A stretch of DNA of 64,000 nt from Candidatus Heimdallarchaeota archaeon. GTDB taxonomy: Archaea; Asgardarchaeota; Heimdallarchaeia; JABLTI01. Below, one piece after another: positions 47,337 through 57,069 of this stretch. Every line of letters starts with the position of its first letter. Within the stretch, counting starts at the first letter, position 1. The stretch lies in contig JAHLVW010000062.1 in NCBI GenBank assembly GCA_019058275.1, forward strand, positions 32,001 through 96,000, in the 5' to 3' direction. Below the pieces are notes generated by a model. The model ran no database searches, was not told where the DNA came from, and was given only the letters and a program-made list of their open reading frames with translations. Both the position numbers and the translations under genes were made by a program.

Positions 47337-49595
47337 TTAAGAATTACCTGGTAAAACAACTCTCTTTGTTTTTGGAGTGAGTATTGCATTAATAATCTCA
47401 GCATTGATTAACTCCACAAATGCTTGGGAATTACTTATTATTGAGATAACTTCTCCAGAATCATCCAATGTGCCTATAAGTCCTTCTTCCGCATCACGAC
47501 CTATGGCAAAATAAGGTTTCGATGTTGAACTAATTGCTAAAGACTTAAGTTGAATGTTCTCTTTTGACATAAGTTGCTTAATAATATCAGCATTTTTGAA
47601 TGGATCAAAGTCTGAGATAACAATAATTCTGGTTCTAGGATTACTATTTAGCAATGCATTCAAATGTATGTCTTTTATTTCCGGATAGACAAGAGTAACA
47701 GTTGATTTTACTCTATCAAAGATTTCCTTCATTTGAGATAAAGTTGCTTCTCTGCCAAGAATTGTTGTTGTATTAACAATTGGTCTTGGAACATCCTTGA
47801 TCTTACTTGCCAATTCACGGAATGTTAATTCCATATTTGTTAACAATTTCTCTATTGTTTTATTGCTTTCTTTGAATTTGTCACCGTAACCTCTGAATTG
47901 ATTCTTTACGTTAGAAGTTTCAGCAATTATTGTATCCTCTATGCCAGTTTGTGATTGGTCTATGGTTTTATTTACAAGTGTTGCTTGATCTTGGACACAT
48001 TGTATAGCTGTTTGCTTTCCTCTATTAAGAAGTGTTTTCGCTGGCATTTCAATTTTAGCAATTGCTGATTTAGCTCTGTCTTCAGTATCTTTAATGAAGG
48101 CTTTACTCTTTATTTCACTAGAATTGTTTAAAACTCTAATATCATCAATGATTTTTGAGCTTATATTTGTGAAAGCATTTTCTTTTTCTTTGAATTCAGT
48201 TTTAATACTGATAATAGTGGCATCACGAGCTTCCTGATATTTTGTGTTAATGTCAACATTTGTCCTGGAAATTGTTCCAGACATGTTGTTCTTAGAGGTT
48301 TCAAAATCAGTATTAGCTTTAGTGAAGCTATTTGTCAAATCCATGTCAATCTTTTCACCGATTTCAGTCATCTTGCGATTTGTTATATCAACAACTGTTT
48401 TGAGCTCATTACCAAGCCTAACTTCTTTAGATTTGATTTCATCTTTTGTATCGGCTGCACTCTTTTCCAAATTATCCTTTAATTGATTAAAGAGATTTGA
48501 TAAGGCTTCTGTATTGGTCTTGGTTTTTACTGCAACTATGCTCTCAAGTTGAGCATTAGTGTCTGTAAATAGAGTTTCAACATTTCGAGAGAATGATTCA
48601 ATCATTTGCTCATATTCTCTTTTAATACCAGCAATACGTTCACGTATTACTTTTCCGAATTCATCATTCATTTCAGAGATGGAATCAGAAATATTGCGAA
48701 TTCTTTCTTCAAGAATCTGATTAGTTTGTTTGTCATGAACTCCTAACTTAGAGCTAACAAGTTCAATTATACTTGCATAATTTTCCTTTACATTTTGACT
48801 TGTTAAGGTCATATTATCCTTTGCAGAAGCATTGTATTCAGAAAGTGCACGATTGATTTTTTCTTGAATATCAGTAGTAACTTTTTCATAATCACTGAAA
48901 TTATTATCCAATGAAGCTTGTAAAGTACTTTCCATAACAGTAGCAGCTTCTTCTACTTTTGAAGAGGACCCCTCAAATGATCTTGTGATATTCCCTTCAG
49001 ATTCAGCAAGTGAATTGACAATATCACTAGCTGCTGAGCTTATCATATTACCTGCAGCTTCTGTTGTTTCAGCATAATGCTTACTCATCTCTGTTGTTGT
49101 AATAAGAGATAATGATGTAATTGCTTGTTTTTCATCATTCAGAATTTGACTGATTTCTTCGATTAATTTATCAAGTTCTGTTGATATTTCAGTCGATGAA
49201 GCTTCAGTAGAAACTCTAATTTCATCTTTTGCTGAATTAGTAATTTGATGTATATTCTCCTTTTGTTGTTTGACAATTTGATCTAATGTGTCAGATCTCT
49301 CTTGAGCAAAAACATTAATCTCATTTCCAATAGCTTGTATTGACTCAAGGGAATCCTTAGCCTTCTCAGTTAGCGAGACTAAGGGATAAACTGCAGAGAA
49401 CTTCTTAATGATTGCAGGATTAGTGAAAATAAGATTCTTCTCTTTCAGAGCTTCTATACTATTCTCCACTTCACTGATTTTACTATCAATTTGCTCAGCA
49501 ATCTCAGGAATAGATAGTTGTCCTGCAGATAAAAGCAAGAGATAGACTTTTTCCTCAACTGGAGAGAGTTGAAGGTTACTTAAAATTTTAGACAA
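47337..49595 (-). CDS. TrmB-like protein: N-terminal HTH, ~500-aa helical insert, C-terminal TrmB/PLD-like effector domain
   Basis: LSPVEEKVYLLLL...EIAEQI...LKEKNL; long amphipathic repeats; GREATLSQMKEIFDRVKS...RDAEEGLIG. Confidence 0.75.
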   Translation of the reverse strand: MSKILSNLQLSPVEEKVYLLLLSAGQLSIPEIAEQIDSKISEVENSIEALKEKNLIFTNPAIIKKFSAVYPLVSLTEKAKDSLESIQAIGNEINVFAQERSDTLDQIVKQQKENIHQITNSAKDEIRVSTEASSTEISTELDKLIEEISQILNDEKQAITSLSLITTTEMSKHYAETTEAAGNMISSAASDIVNSLAESEGNITRSFEGSSSKVEEAATVMESTLQASLDNNFSDYEKVTTDIQEKINRALSEYNASAKDNMTLTSQNVKENYASIIELVSSKLGVHDKQTNQILEERIRNISDSISEMNDEFGKVIRERIAGIKREYEQMIESFSRNVETLFTDTNAQLESIVAVKTKTNTEALSNLFNQLKDNLEKSAADTKDEIKSKEVRLGNELKTVVDITNRKMTEIGEKIDMDLTNSFTKANTDFETSKNNMSGTISRTNVDINTKYQEARDATIISIKTEFKEKENAFTNISSKIIDDIRVLNNSSEIKSKAFIKDTEDRAKSAIAKIEMPAKTLLNRGKQTAIQCVQDQATLVNKTIDQSQTGIEDTIIAETSNVKNQFRGYGDKFKESNKTIEKLLTNMELTFRELASKIKDVPRPIVNTTTILGREATLSQMKEIFDRVKSTVTLVYPEIKDIHLNALLNSNPRTRIIVISDFDPFKNADIIKQLMSKENIQLKSLAISSTSKPYFAIGRDAEEGLIGTLDDSGEVISIISNSQAFVELINAEIINAILTPKTKRVVLPGNS

Positions 49596-49792
49596 TTAAA
49601 GAATCTCCTTTCAAATAGTTCCTTTTTTGTATTATTTCTTATTTTTGACTATTAATTAAGCTTTTTTTAGAGCTATATTAATGACAAATCATTATCAATA
49701 GCTACTTTTCGCAAAAAATAGCTGAAAAAGATTCCTAATAATATTTATTTTCATGTAGTGTATTAAGAGCATATTAAGTTTGGGTGTTATAA

Positions 49793-51622
49793 ATGACTAT
49801 ATTTGGGAATACTGGCAAAATACTTGAAGTAAATTTAACGGAAGAAAAAATTAGTACGATCAAACCAGATCCAGAAGTTTACCGAAAATTCATTGGTGGT
49901 AGTGGAATAGCTGCACACATATTATTTGATAGACTTTCCAAAGATCTTGATCCTCTGTCTCCAGAAAATCCTTTAGGTTTCTTCACTGGACCATTATCAG
50001 GAACTAAAACACCAAGTTGCGGTAGACATGTTGTCTGTGCAAAATCACCCTTGACAAACATCTGGGGTGAAGCAAATTCTGGAGGGAAATTTGGTGCTTA
50101 CATGAAGTTTCTTGGATTTGATGGTTTAGTCTTCACAGGTAAAGCTAGTGAACCAAAATCACTGATGATATTTGATAAAGATATAGCCATAGTTGATGCT
50201 GCTTATTTATGGGGTAAAAATGTCTTTGATGTTGAAAAGGAATTAAAACAACGTTTTGAAAAAATTTCTAGTTTTGCAACGATTGGTGTTGCAGGAGAGA
50301 AACAAGTTAAAATTGCTTCAGTAATGAATGATGGTGATAGAGCTGCAGGAAGAACAGGAATGGGTGGAGTTATGGGATCGAAGAACCTCAAAGCAATTCT
50401 TTTGCAATCCTCTACTCGAGATGTTAAAGTAGCAAAAGCAGAAGATCTAAAAGAACTTGGAAAAATCATGAGAAAGGACATTTATGATAATACAGTTGCA
50501 AGAAGATTGTTTGGAACTGCTGCATATGTTTCAGGAGGAATGAAATGGGGAGATGTAGCAGTAAAATATTGGTATAAAGGGCACATGGAAAATACAGAAG
50601 CTTTTGATGGCGCTCAAATGAAGGAAACAATTCTATTAAAAAGGTATCATTGTTACAGTTGTGTCATTGGTTGTGGTAGAATTATAAAAATCGATGAAGG
50701 GAAATATGCATTACCTCAAACAGCTGGTCCTGAATATGAGACCCTTGCTAGTTTTGGAACAAATTTACTAATTGATGATTTGAAAGGAATATCTTACGCA
50801 AATTATCTTTGTAATCATTATGGTATGGATACAATTTCCGCTGGTATGATAGTTGGTTTAGTTTTCCATCTCTTTGAAAAGGGAATTATTCCTAAGAAAG
50901 ATCTTGAGAATGTAGATGCCAAATGGGGTAGCGTAGATGCATTATTTGAGTTACTTAAGAAAATGGCCCATAGAGAAGGTATTGGCGATTTAATGGCTGA
51001 GGGTTCTAATACATTAGCTGAACATTATCACATGCCAGACGAAGCACATACAGTAAATGGTTTAGAATTACCATTTCATGATCCAAGAGCATTTTATTCA
51101 ATGGCTTCCGTGTATGCTACATCCTCTCGAGGAGCTTGTCACAATAACGGTGATGGATATAAAATGGGACTTGGGGTGACAGTCCCTGAGATAAATCTTA
51201 ATTGTGAAGATAGATTTGATGATCTTGAAGGAGCTAGAATTGCTGTAAAAGTTCAGGATTTTAGAGCAGTTTACAATACACTAATTATGTGTCATTTTGC
51301 TATGCCACCTTTCAAAGATACAGTGAAAGCTCTGGAGTATGCAACTGGTTGGGAATATTCCATTGATGATGTAATGAAAGTAGGAACAAGAATTACAAAT
51401 CTAAAACGTCTGTTAAATATAAAAATGGGATTAACAATAAAGAATGATCGTCTGCCAAAAGTAATGTCATATAAGCTTAAGGAAGGTGGAGCTGAAGGAA
51501 GAGTTCCTGATTTGGAATTACAACTAAAAGAGTATTATAACCTAAGAAAATGGGATAACAAAACTGGAGTGCCTATGAAAGATTTGTTAGAAGAAATGGA
51601 CTTATTTGAATACACTACATAA
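49793..51622 (+). CDS. aor: Aldehyde:ferredoxin oxidoreductase (W-containing AOR family)
   Basis: KSPLT, AAGRTGMGGVMGSKNLKAI, CYSCVIGC, GPEYET, GMDTIS, RGACH. Confidence 0.95.
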   Translation: MTIFGNTGKILEVNLTEEKISTIKPDPEVYRKFIGGSGIAAHILFDRLSKDLDPLSPENPLGFFTGPLSGTKTPSCGRHVVCAKSPLTNIWGEANSGGKFGAYMKFLGFDGLVFTGKASEPKSLMIFDKDIAIVDAAYLWGKNVFDVEKELKQRFEKISSFATIGVAGEKQVKIASVMNDGDRAAGRTGMGGVMGSKNLKAILLQSSTRDVKVAKAEDLKELGKIMRKDIYDNTVARRLFGTAAYVSGGMKWGDVAVKYWYKGHMENTEAFDGAQMKETILLKRYHCYSCVIGCGRIIKIDEGKYALPQTAGPEYETLASFGTNLLIDDLKGISYANYLCNHYGMDTISAGMIVGLVFHLFEKGIIPKKDLENVDAKWGSVDALFELLKKMAHREGIGDLMAEGSNTLAEHYHMPDEAHTVNGLELPFHDPRAFYSMASVYATSSRGACHNNGDGYKMGLGVTVPEINLNCEDRFDDLEGARIAVKVQDFRAVYNTLIMCHFAMPPFKDTVKALEYATGWEYSIDDVMKVGTRITNLKRLLNIKMGLTIKNDRLPKVMSYKLKEGGAEGRVPDLELQLKEYYNLRKWDNKTGVPMKDLLEEMDLFEYTT

Positions 51623-51780
51623 GATAATAAAGAGAAATTGGAGAAACTATTAAATCCAAGATATTTTGTAGATGTTGATAACAAATAAATACTAGCAATT
51701 TGAGGAAATTGATTTTTTTCCTCAATAGTTTTTTATTTTTAATAGATTAATATCTTTATTAGAATATTCAATTTTTACGG

Positions 51781-53223
51781 GTGCGAATTTTGAAAGATAA
51801 ATATGATGTAATTATTATTGGTTGTGGAATGGGTGGATTGGGTTCTGGCATTATGCTTCAAACTGAAAATTCAGATTTGAAAACCATTATTTTCGAACAA
51901 CACAATATCCCTGGAGGATATGTTACTGGTTTCAAGAGAAAAGGTTACTATTTTGATGGAGGGGCAGAAGGAATTACTAGTGTAGGCGAGAATGGACTGG
52001 TTAAAAAAGCATTAACAGAACTAGGGATTGATTATGAGTTTATACCAATAGAACCATTAGATGTTTATTATTTTGATGATAAAAAGTTCAACTTCTATTT
52101 GGATAAAGAGAAGTTAATTAAAGAAGTTAAAAGGGTCTTTCCAAAGCATTTGGATGGTTTTAAGGAATTTTTAGCTGAATGTGATAGGATCTTTCAAGAA
52201 ATTAGCAGTGGAAATAAAATCCCCGAATATGATAATCTATGCTACCTTGATTTAATTGGAAAATTTGTACCTAATGATTACATAAAGGATGTTTTCAATC
52301 TCTTTTGTCTTTGGTACGGTGCTAAACCAAGTGAAATGCCAGGTGTTTTTGGAGCTATGGTAACTAGAAGTGTAATGAATGGTGGAGTTTACTATCCAAA
52401 AGGTGGTATGCAAGAATTCTCAAACATGTTAAGAGATACCTATACATCTAGAGGTGGAGAAGTAGTTTTTAGTACAATGGCTAAGAAAATACTAATAGAA
52501 GATAACAAGGTAATTGGTGTGGAATTAGAAAATGGTAAAAGAATAAAATGTGATTGGTTAATTTCAAATGCTGACATTAAAAGAACTATTTTGGAGTATT
52601 CAGGAGAGAAGTATTTTCCAAAAGAATATGTTGATTTTATTAAAAATCTAAAATTAACACCATCAGGATTCATGTTGCATTTAGGAGTAGAAATGGATCT
52701 ATCAAACTATCCTTCTCATTTCCAAATAGGAAAAGATTATGCAATTTTAGAAAAAACAAGTAAAGGGCAATTTAAATTATCAAAGTTAGCAGTTAGAATT
52801 CCAGCAAATATCGATCCTGATTTGAAAAATGGTGATAATTACTCGATAGTTGCTTTCATGTTTGCACCCTATGATTGGAAAGATTACTGGCTAGCTGGTC
52901 CTGAGAAAGATAGGGGAATCAAATATAAAGAATACAAAGAGCAAGTTGCTGATGAAGTAATAAGTATCATTGAAAAAGTGATTCTAGGACTAAGAGAGAA
53001 AATCGCTGTAAAGGAATTGGCTACTCCTTTAACCTTTGAAAGATACTTGCAAGTTACAGAAGGTGCATGGTTTGGTTCGCATAAATTCCAAAAGCTTCCT
53101 GATTCAGAGACACCAATAGACAATTTGCTTCTTGTAGGAGCAAGTGTTAGAGGTAGTGGAGCTCCAAGTGCATTAAATCATGGATTTACTGTAGGAGACG
53201 AATTGGCTAAGAAAATCTCTTAA
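51781..53223 (+). CDS. Phytoene desaturase-like FAD-dependent oxidoreductase
   Basis: IIGCGMGGL, PGGYVTGFKRKGYYFDGGA, YPKGG, ATPLTFERY. Confidence 0.9.
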   Translation: MRILKDKYDVIIIGCGMGGLGSGIMLQTENSDLKTIIFEQHNIPGGYVTGFKRKGYYFDGGAEGITSVGENGLVKKALTELGIDYEFIPIEPLDVYYFDDKKFNFYLDKEKLIKEVKRVFPKHLDGFKEFLAECDRIFQEISSGNKIPEYDNLCYLDLIGKFVPNDYIKDVFNLFCLWYGAKPSEMPGVFGAMVTRSVMNGGVYYPKGGMQEFSNMLRDTYTSRGGEVVFSTMAKKILIEDNKVIGVELENGKRIKCDWLISNADIKRTILEYSGEKYFPKEYVDFIKNLKLTPSGFMLHLGVEMDLSNYPSHFQIGKDYAILEKTSKGQFKLSKLAVRIPANIDPDLKNGDNYSIVAFMFAPYDWKDYWLAGPEKDRGIKYKEYKEQVADEVISIIEKVILGLREKIAVKELATPLTFERYLQVTEGAWFGSHKFQKLPDSETPIDNLLLVGASVRGSGAPSALNHGFTVGDELAKKIS

Positions 53224-53233
53224 TTTCTTCGAT

Positions 53234-53800
53234 TCAATCTCCTTTTTTCTTTGAAAATCCATAAGCAGCGACTCTGTCTTTTAAATTATAGTAATGGCCA
53301 GTCCCATATGCTAAAGCATCTGATAAGAGTAAGTCTGGACTGCCTTTTTCATCAATCATTGACTCATCATAGTATACTTTTAGTACCTCACCAAATATAG
53401 CATAATGAGTACCTACTTTGTAAATGTGTGTAACTTTACATTCAACATTAATTGGACACTCTTGAATTAGAGGAACATCTACTTCTTTTCCTTTGAAAAC
53501 AGTTAATCCAGTATCTTTGAATTTATCAGTATCTCGACCAGAGACTACTCCAAAATAATCTGCTTCTTTAGTAATAGCAACATTGGGGATATTCACACCA
53601 AAACATTGTGCCTTTTCTATTAATTCATAAGTATATCTTATATCTCTAATACCTACAACGACTGTTACTGGATCAGCACAAATGTTAGCTATCCAAGCAG
53701 CTGTCATAGCATTTGGTTTTCCTTTATCATCATATGCAGATACTAATGCTGCAGGTGCTGGATAAACAGCAGCTCTGGGTTCTTTTTCGACTTTTACCAT
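53234..53800 (-). CDS. Flavin reductase-like (flavoredoxin) protein
   Basis: YPAPAALV, SGRDTDKF, PLIQECPINVEC, GTH; likely start ATG 53800. Confidence 0.92.
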   Translation of the reverse strand: MVKVEKEPRAAVYPAPAALVSAYDDKGKPNAMTAAWIANICADPVTVVVGIRDIRYTYELIEKAQCFGVNIPNVAITKEADYFGVVSGRDTDKFKDTGLTVFKGKEVDVPLIQECPINVECKVTHIYKVGTHYAIFGEVLKVYYDESMIDEKGSPDLLLSDALAYGTGHYYNLKDRVAAYGFSKKKGD

Positions 53801-53982
53801 GATTATCACTAGAACATATGTTGAAACAATCATATTGATAATTTTTGTGTAAAAAAACCAAAACGTTGTTTTTTCTATGGTTCAAAAAAAGTGAACCAAG
53901 TGTAATGTTTAGTTTTTTAGGTTGTTTCATCCTATTGTTTCCTTGAAACAGAAGAGAGGTATCCAAAAAAGGAGCAAATAAA

Positions 53983-55377
53983 ATGAAACAAATAAAATTA
54001 ACCAAAAAAGCATCAACAACAGTAGTACTCTCAGTTATTATTGGATCAATAATAGCTGGCGCTATTGTAACAGGAACTCTACTAGCTAGAAATCGTAAAA
54101 ATAATGACTACATTACATTTCAAGAAGCTATAGATATTGCAAGCGCCATACCAGAAGTTGCTGCATTTATTGAAGAGAATGATATCAATTCTGTTTCAGC
54201 AAATCGATATGAAGAGAAATGGATAGTGGAGTTTTTTGATGATAACTTCAATTATACTGAAGATGTCTATTGTTGGATGAATTACGCTTATGTTGAAATT
54301 GATGCATTAACAGGCGAAATTCTCTATTATGAAGTATTTAATCCTTCAGAACCAAATTATATAGAACAAGAGATAATAGCTATTGCCAATGCAATACCCG
54401 AGATAGTATTTTGGATTGAAAACCAAGGAGGAGATATTACAATTTCTGCTTGGTATGATGGCTATGAACTCTGGTATGTTGATTATTGGTCAGATGCAAT
54501 ACGAACATATCCTTTCGTAATCATATCTAATAGAAATGGTTCTGTTGTTTACTATGAGATTTATGATCCTCTAGAGAATGCCAACCATACAACAGAAGAA
54601 ATTATTGAGATTGTTGAATCATTGGGAATTGTACAGACTTGGATTACTAACAACCCAGAATATGGCAGAGATATCAACTACTATGATACTATTTGGTTTG
54701 GTAATTGCTCATTACAAAGTAGTCTGGGTTTAGCGAAAACGAATCTTGTAGAAGTAAATTACATCAATTTAACTGGTGGTATCTGGATAGTTGATTATTG
54801 GGCATTAGATAATCCATATGATAATTGGCTTTCAGTAACTATTGATGACGAAACTGGCGAAGTTGCAGAGATTAGACAGAGTTTAATACCAACCTTAACT
54901 GAACAAGAAGCTATTGCAATAGCAGAATCACAACCAGAAGTTAGTGCATTCTTAGCTGGTCTAACTTCATACTCAATTAATGTTTGGTTTGATAGCTTCT
55001 ATGGTTATTGGAATGTCTTCTTTGAAAACGATTTCAATTATCAAGAATATGCTACAGTAGACATAATTGATGCAACTGGAGAAATTTTCTACTACTATAT
55101 TAACGATTTACCAGATCCAAATTTGACAGGTGAAGAAGCACTAACAATTGCACTAGCTGAACAAGAAGTTCAAGACTGGATCAGTACTATTTCTGAATAT
55201 GAAACTTACATTGGATTCTTTGAAGGACTCTGGAATGTTGATTTCGTTATTGACAATAGGACCTTAGCAGATGGTTTAATTCCACAAGATGGAATAATCG
55301 GTATAAGTGTAATTATTGATGATGCTACTGAAGAGGTTGTTGAAGTCAACTATATTATAATGGAAGAAATTTCATAA
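53983..55377 (+). CDS. Membrane-anchored extracellular PepSY-like repeat protein
   Basis: N-terminal TM, then ~5 repeats of EAI.IA...W.V.F...V.ID..TGEI. Confidence 0.75.
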   Translation: MKQIKLTKKASTTVVLSVIIGSIIAGAIVTGTLLARNRKNNDYITFQEAIDIASAIPEVAAFIEENDINSVSANRYEEKWIVEFFDDNFNYTEDVYCWMNYAYVEIDALTGEILYYEVFNPSEPNYIEQEIIAIANAIPEIVFWIENQGGDITISAWYDGYELWYVDYWSDAIRTYPFVIISNRNGSVVYYEIYDPLENANHTTEEIIEIVESLGIVQTWITNNPEYGRDINYYDTIWFGNCSLQSSLGLAKTNLVEVNYINLTGGIWIVDYWALDNPYDNWLSVTIDDETGEVAEIRQSLIPTLTEQEAIAIAESQPEVSAFLAGLTSYSINVWFDSFYGYWNVFFENDFNYQEYATVDIIDATGEIFYYYINDLPDPNLTGEEALTIALAEQEVQDWISTISEYETYIGFFEGLWNVDFVIDNRTLADGLIPQDGIIGISVIIDDATEEVVEVNYIIMEEIS

Positions 55378-55446
55378 AAATTAGTCAATACCAATAACAA
55401 CCTCAAGAATTAATTAGCCACCACCCCAAATGAAAGTTTGAATAAG

Positions 55447-55528
55447 TTGGAGAGTAGGATAAGAAATTCTATCTTATGTGAGATATTATAGACAATCAAG
55501 CTAAAGAATTTCTAATCTACTCTTCTAA
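55447..55528 (+). other. Long intergenic stem-loop
   Basis: TTGGAGAGTAGGATAAGAAATTCT pairs with AGAATTTCTAATCTACTCTTCTAA. Confidence 0.5.
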
Positions 55529-55602
55529 TATTTTCTTTAAATGGAAAATTATCAGTCTTAAAGAAACCCCTAATATTAACGATTGAGAGAATAATATAGT
55601 GA

Positions 55603-57003
55603 GTGGGATTAGAAGTGAAAAGAAGTTTCAAGAAATTATTACTATTGATACTCTTCATTATTAGTTTAATCTCAGCTCATGCTGTATTTGCAATTTATAT
55701 TTCGGATTCTTTTTTAACTACAAACAATGTCACAGAGAAACGATTTTCATCTTTTGAAAGTCAATTAATTAAAACTGATACATTAAATGATATCGTTACA
55801 GTAAAAGTTACTTGCTATTTACACTTAAGAACAGCACAAGTACAATTAGATATTGATTTCTTGGGTGCAGATTTTAATCAGATCAAAACAAAAAATGGCT
55901 TTTATACTACAATAGAAGAAATTTCCATCTTTGGAGATATCCGAAGTGTACAAGTTATTGAATCAGGAAGTATAGAATTAGAACATAGTGAAATTATTGA
56001 TAGTAATAGTACTAGAATTCAATTCACACTTTCATCTGATATTCCTATTGGTTTCACAAGGAATGTTAAGATAACCTACATTCAAGATACAGATGATTTT
56101 CTTACCTTTTATAATTATCAATTAGGAGTTGATTGGTTAAGACGTATTGGGAATCAAAACGTGATAATTATTTGTGATAAAGGAATTTCATTGATGAATT
56201 GTTTACCTTCACCACATTCCATTTCAACTGTAAGTGATAAATTAGTACTATCTTGGCTCGAGGCAAATCGCTATAGTTTCTATGCTAATGTAAACTATAC
56301 AAGTCTAGTTGAAATAGATGATTTGATCATTTCACCTCATGAGTGGGACATAGGAAGAGCAAGAAAAGATAGTAAACCTTTGGAAAAGGTTTTTGCGATA
56401 ACTAATTCTGAAAATCAAAAATTAGATGGTACAATAATAAAACCTGATTGGGTTGAAACAAATCTTACTGATTGGGAATTAAATATAGGTGAAACCATTT
56501 ATTTGAAGGTAACAATTGATAGATCAATATCAAGAAATTGTGATTGCAATGTATCTTTACAATGTTCTATAGCGTCTTTTCCTGTAAATATTGAAATATC
56601 TGGTTTTGTTTCTACCATTTCAATTGCATCAATTATTGCAATTGCTTTATCATCTGCTGCTTTAGTTGGTTTGTTAACCTTTGAAATAATGTATTATTAT
56701 CGAAAAAGAACAAAAGGTAGAGAACTGGAATTAGCAATGGAAACCTATGTAGTAGATTTAATTGAAAATATTGATCTTGATAAATGGAAAGAAATACTAA
56801 CTGAGAGGGAATTTACTATTTTTCAAATTATTCTTGATAAAAGGGAGCTTACACAAGCAGATTTAGTAAGACAAACAACTTTGTCCAAATCTACAATATC
56901 TAGAGCAGTTGGTAGGTTAGTAACTAAAGGTTTGGTCAAAAAAGTGAAATATGGTATGAGTAATGTTATATCATTAGAAACTGATTTCTTCAAAAATAGT
57001 TAA
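55603..57003 (+). CDS. Membrane-anchored transcriptional regulator (extracellular domain, TM, C-terminal wHTH; COG2512-like)
   Basis: Signal peptide, beta-rich ectodomain, TM, LTERE...LTQADLVRQTTLSKSTISRAVGRLVTKGLV..KYGMSN. Confidence 0.85.
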   Translation: MGLEVKRSFKKLLLLILFIISLISAHAVFAIYISDSFLTTNNVTEKRFSSFESQLIKTDTLNDIVTVKVTCYLHLRTAQVQLDIDFLGADFNQIKTKNGFYTTIEEISIFGDIRSVQVIESGSIELEHSEIIDSNSTRIQFTLSSDIPIGFTRNVKITYIQDTDDFLTFYNYQLGVDWLRRIGNQNVIIICDKGISLMNCLPSPHSISTVSDKLVLSWLEANRYSFYANVNYTSLVEIDDLIISPHEWDIGRARKDSKPLEKVFAITNSENQKLDGTIIKPDWVETNLTDWELNIGETIYLKVTIDRSISRNCDCNVSLQCSIASFPVNIEISGFVSTISIASIIAIALSSAALVGLLTFEIMYYYRKRTKGRELELAMETYVVDLIENIDLDKWKEILTEREFTIFQIILDKRELTQADLVRQTTLSKSTISRAVGRLVTKGLVKKVKYGMSNVISLETDFFKNS

Positions 57004-57069
57004 TCTCTTTTTTAAAATTTAAAATAACATTTTAATTGAATATATTCAATATTATATTGGGGAAAGGCT

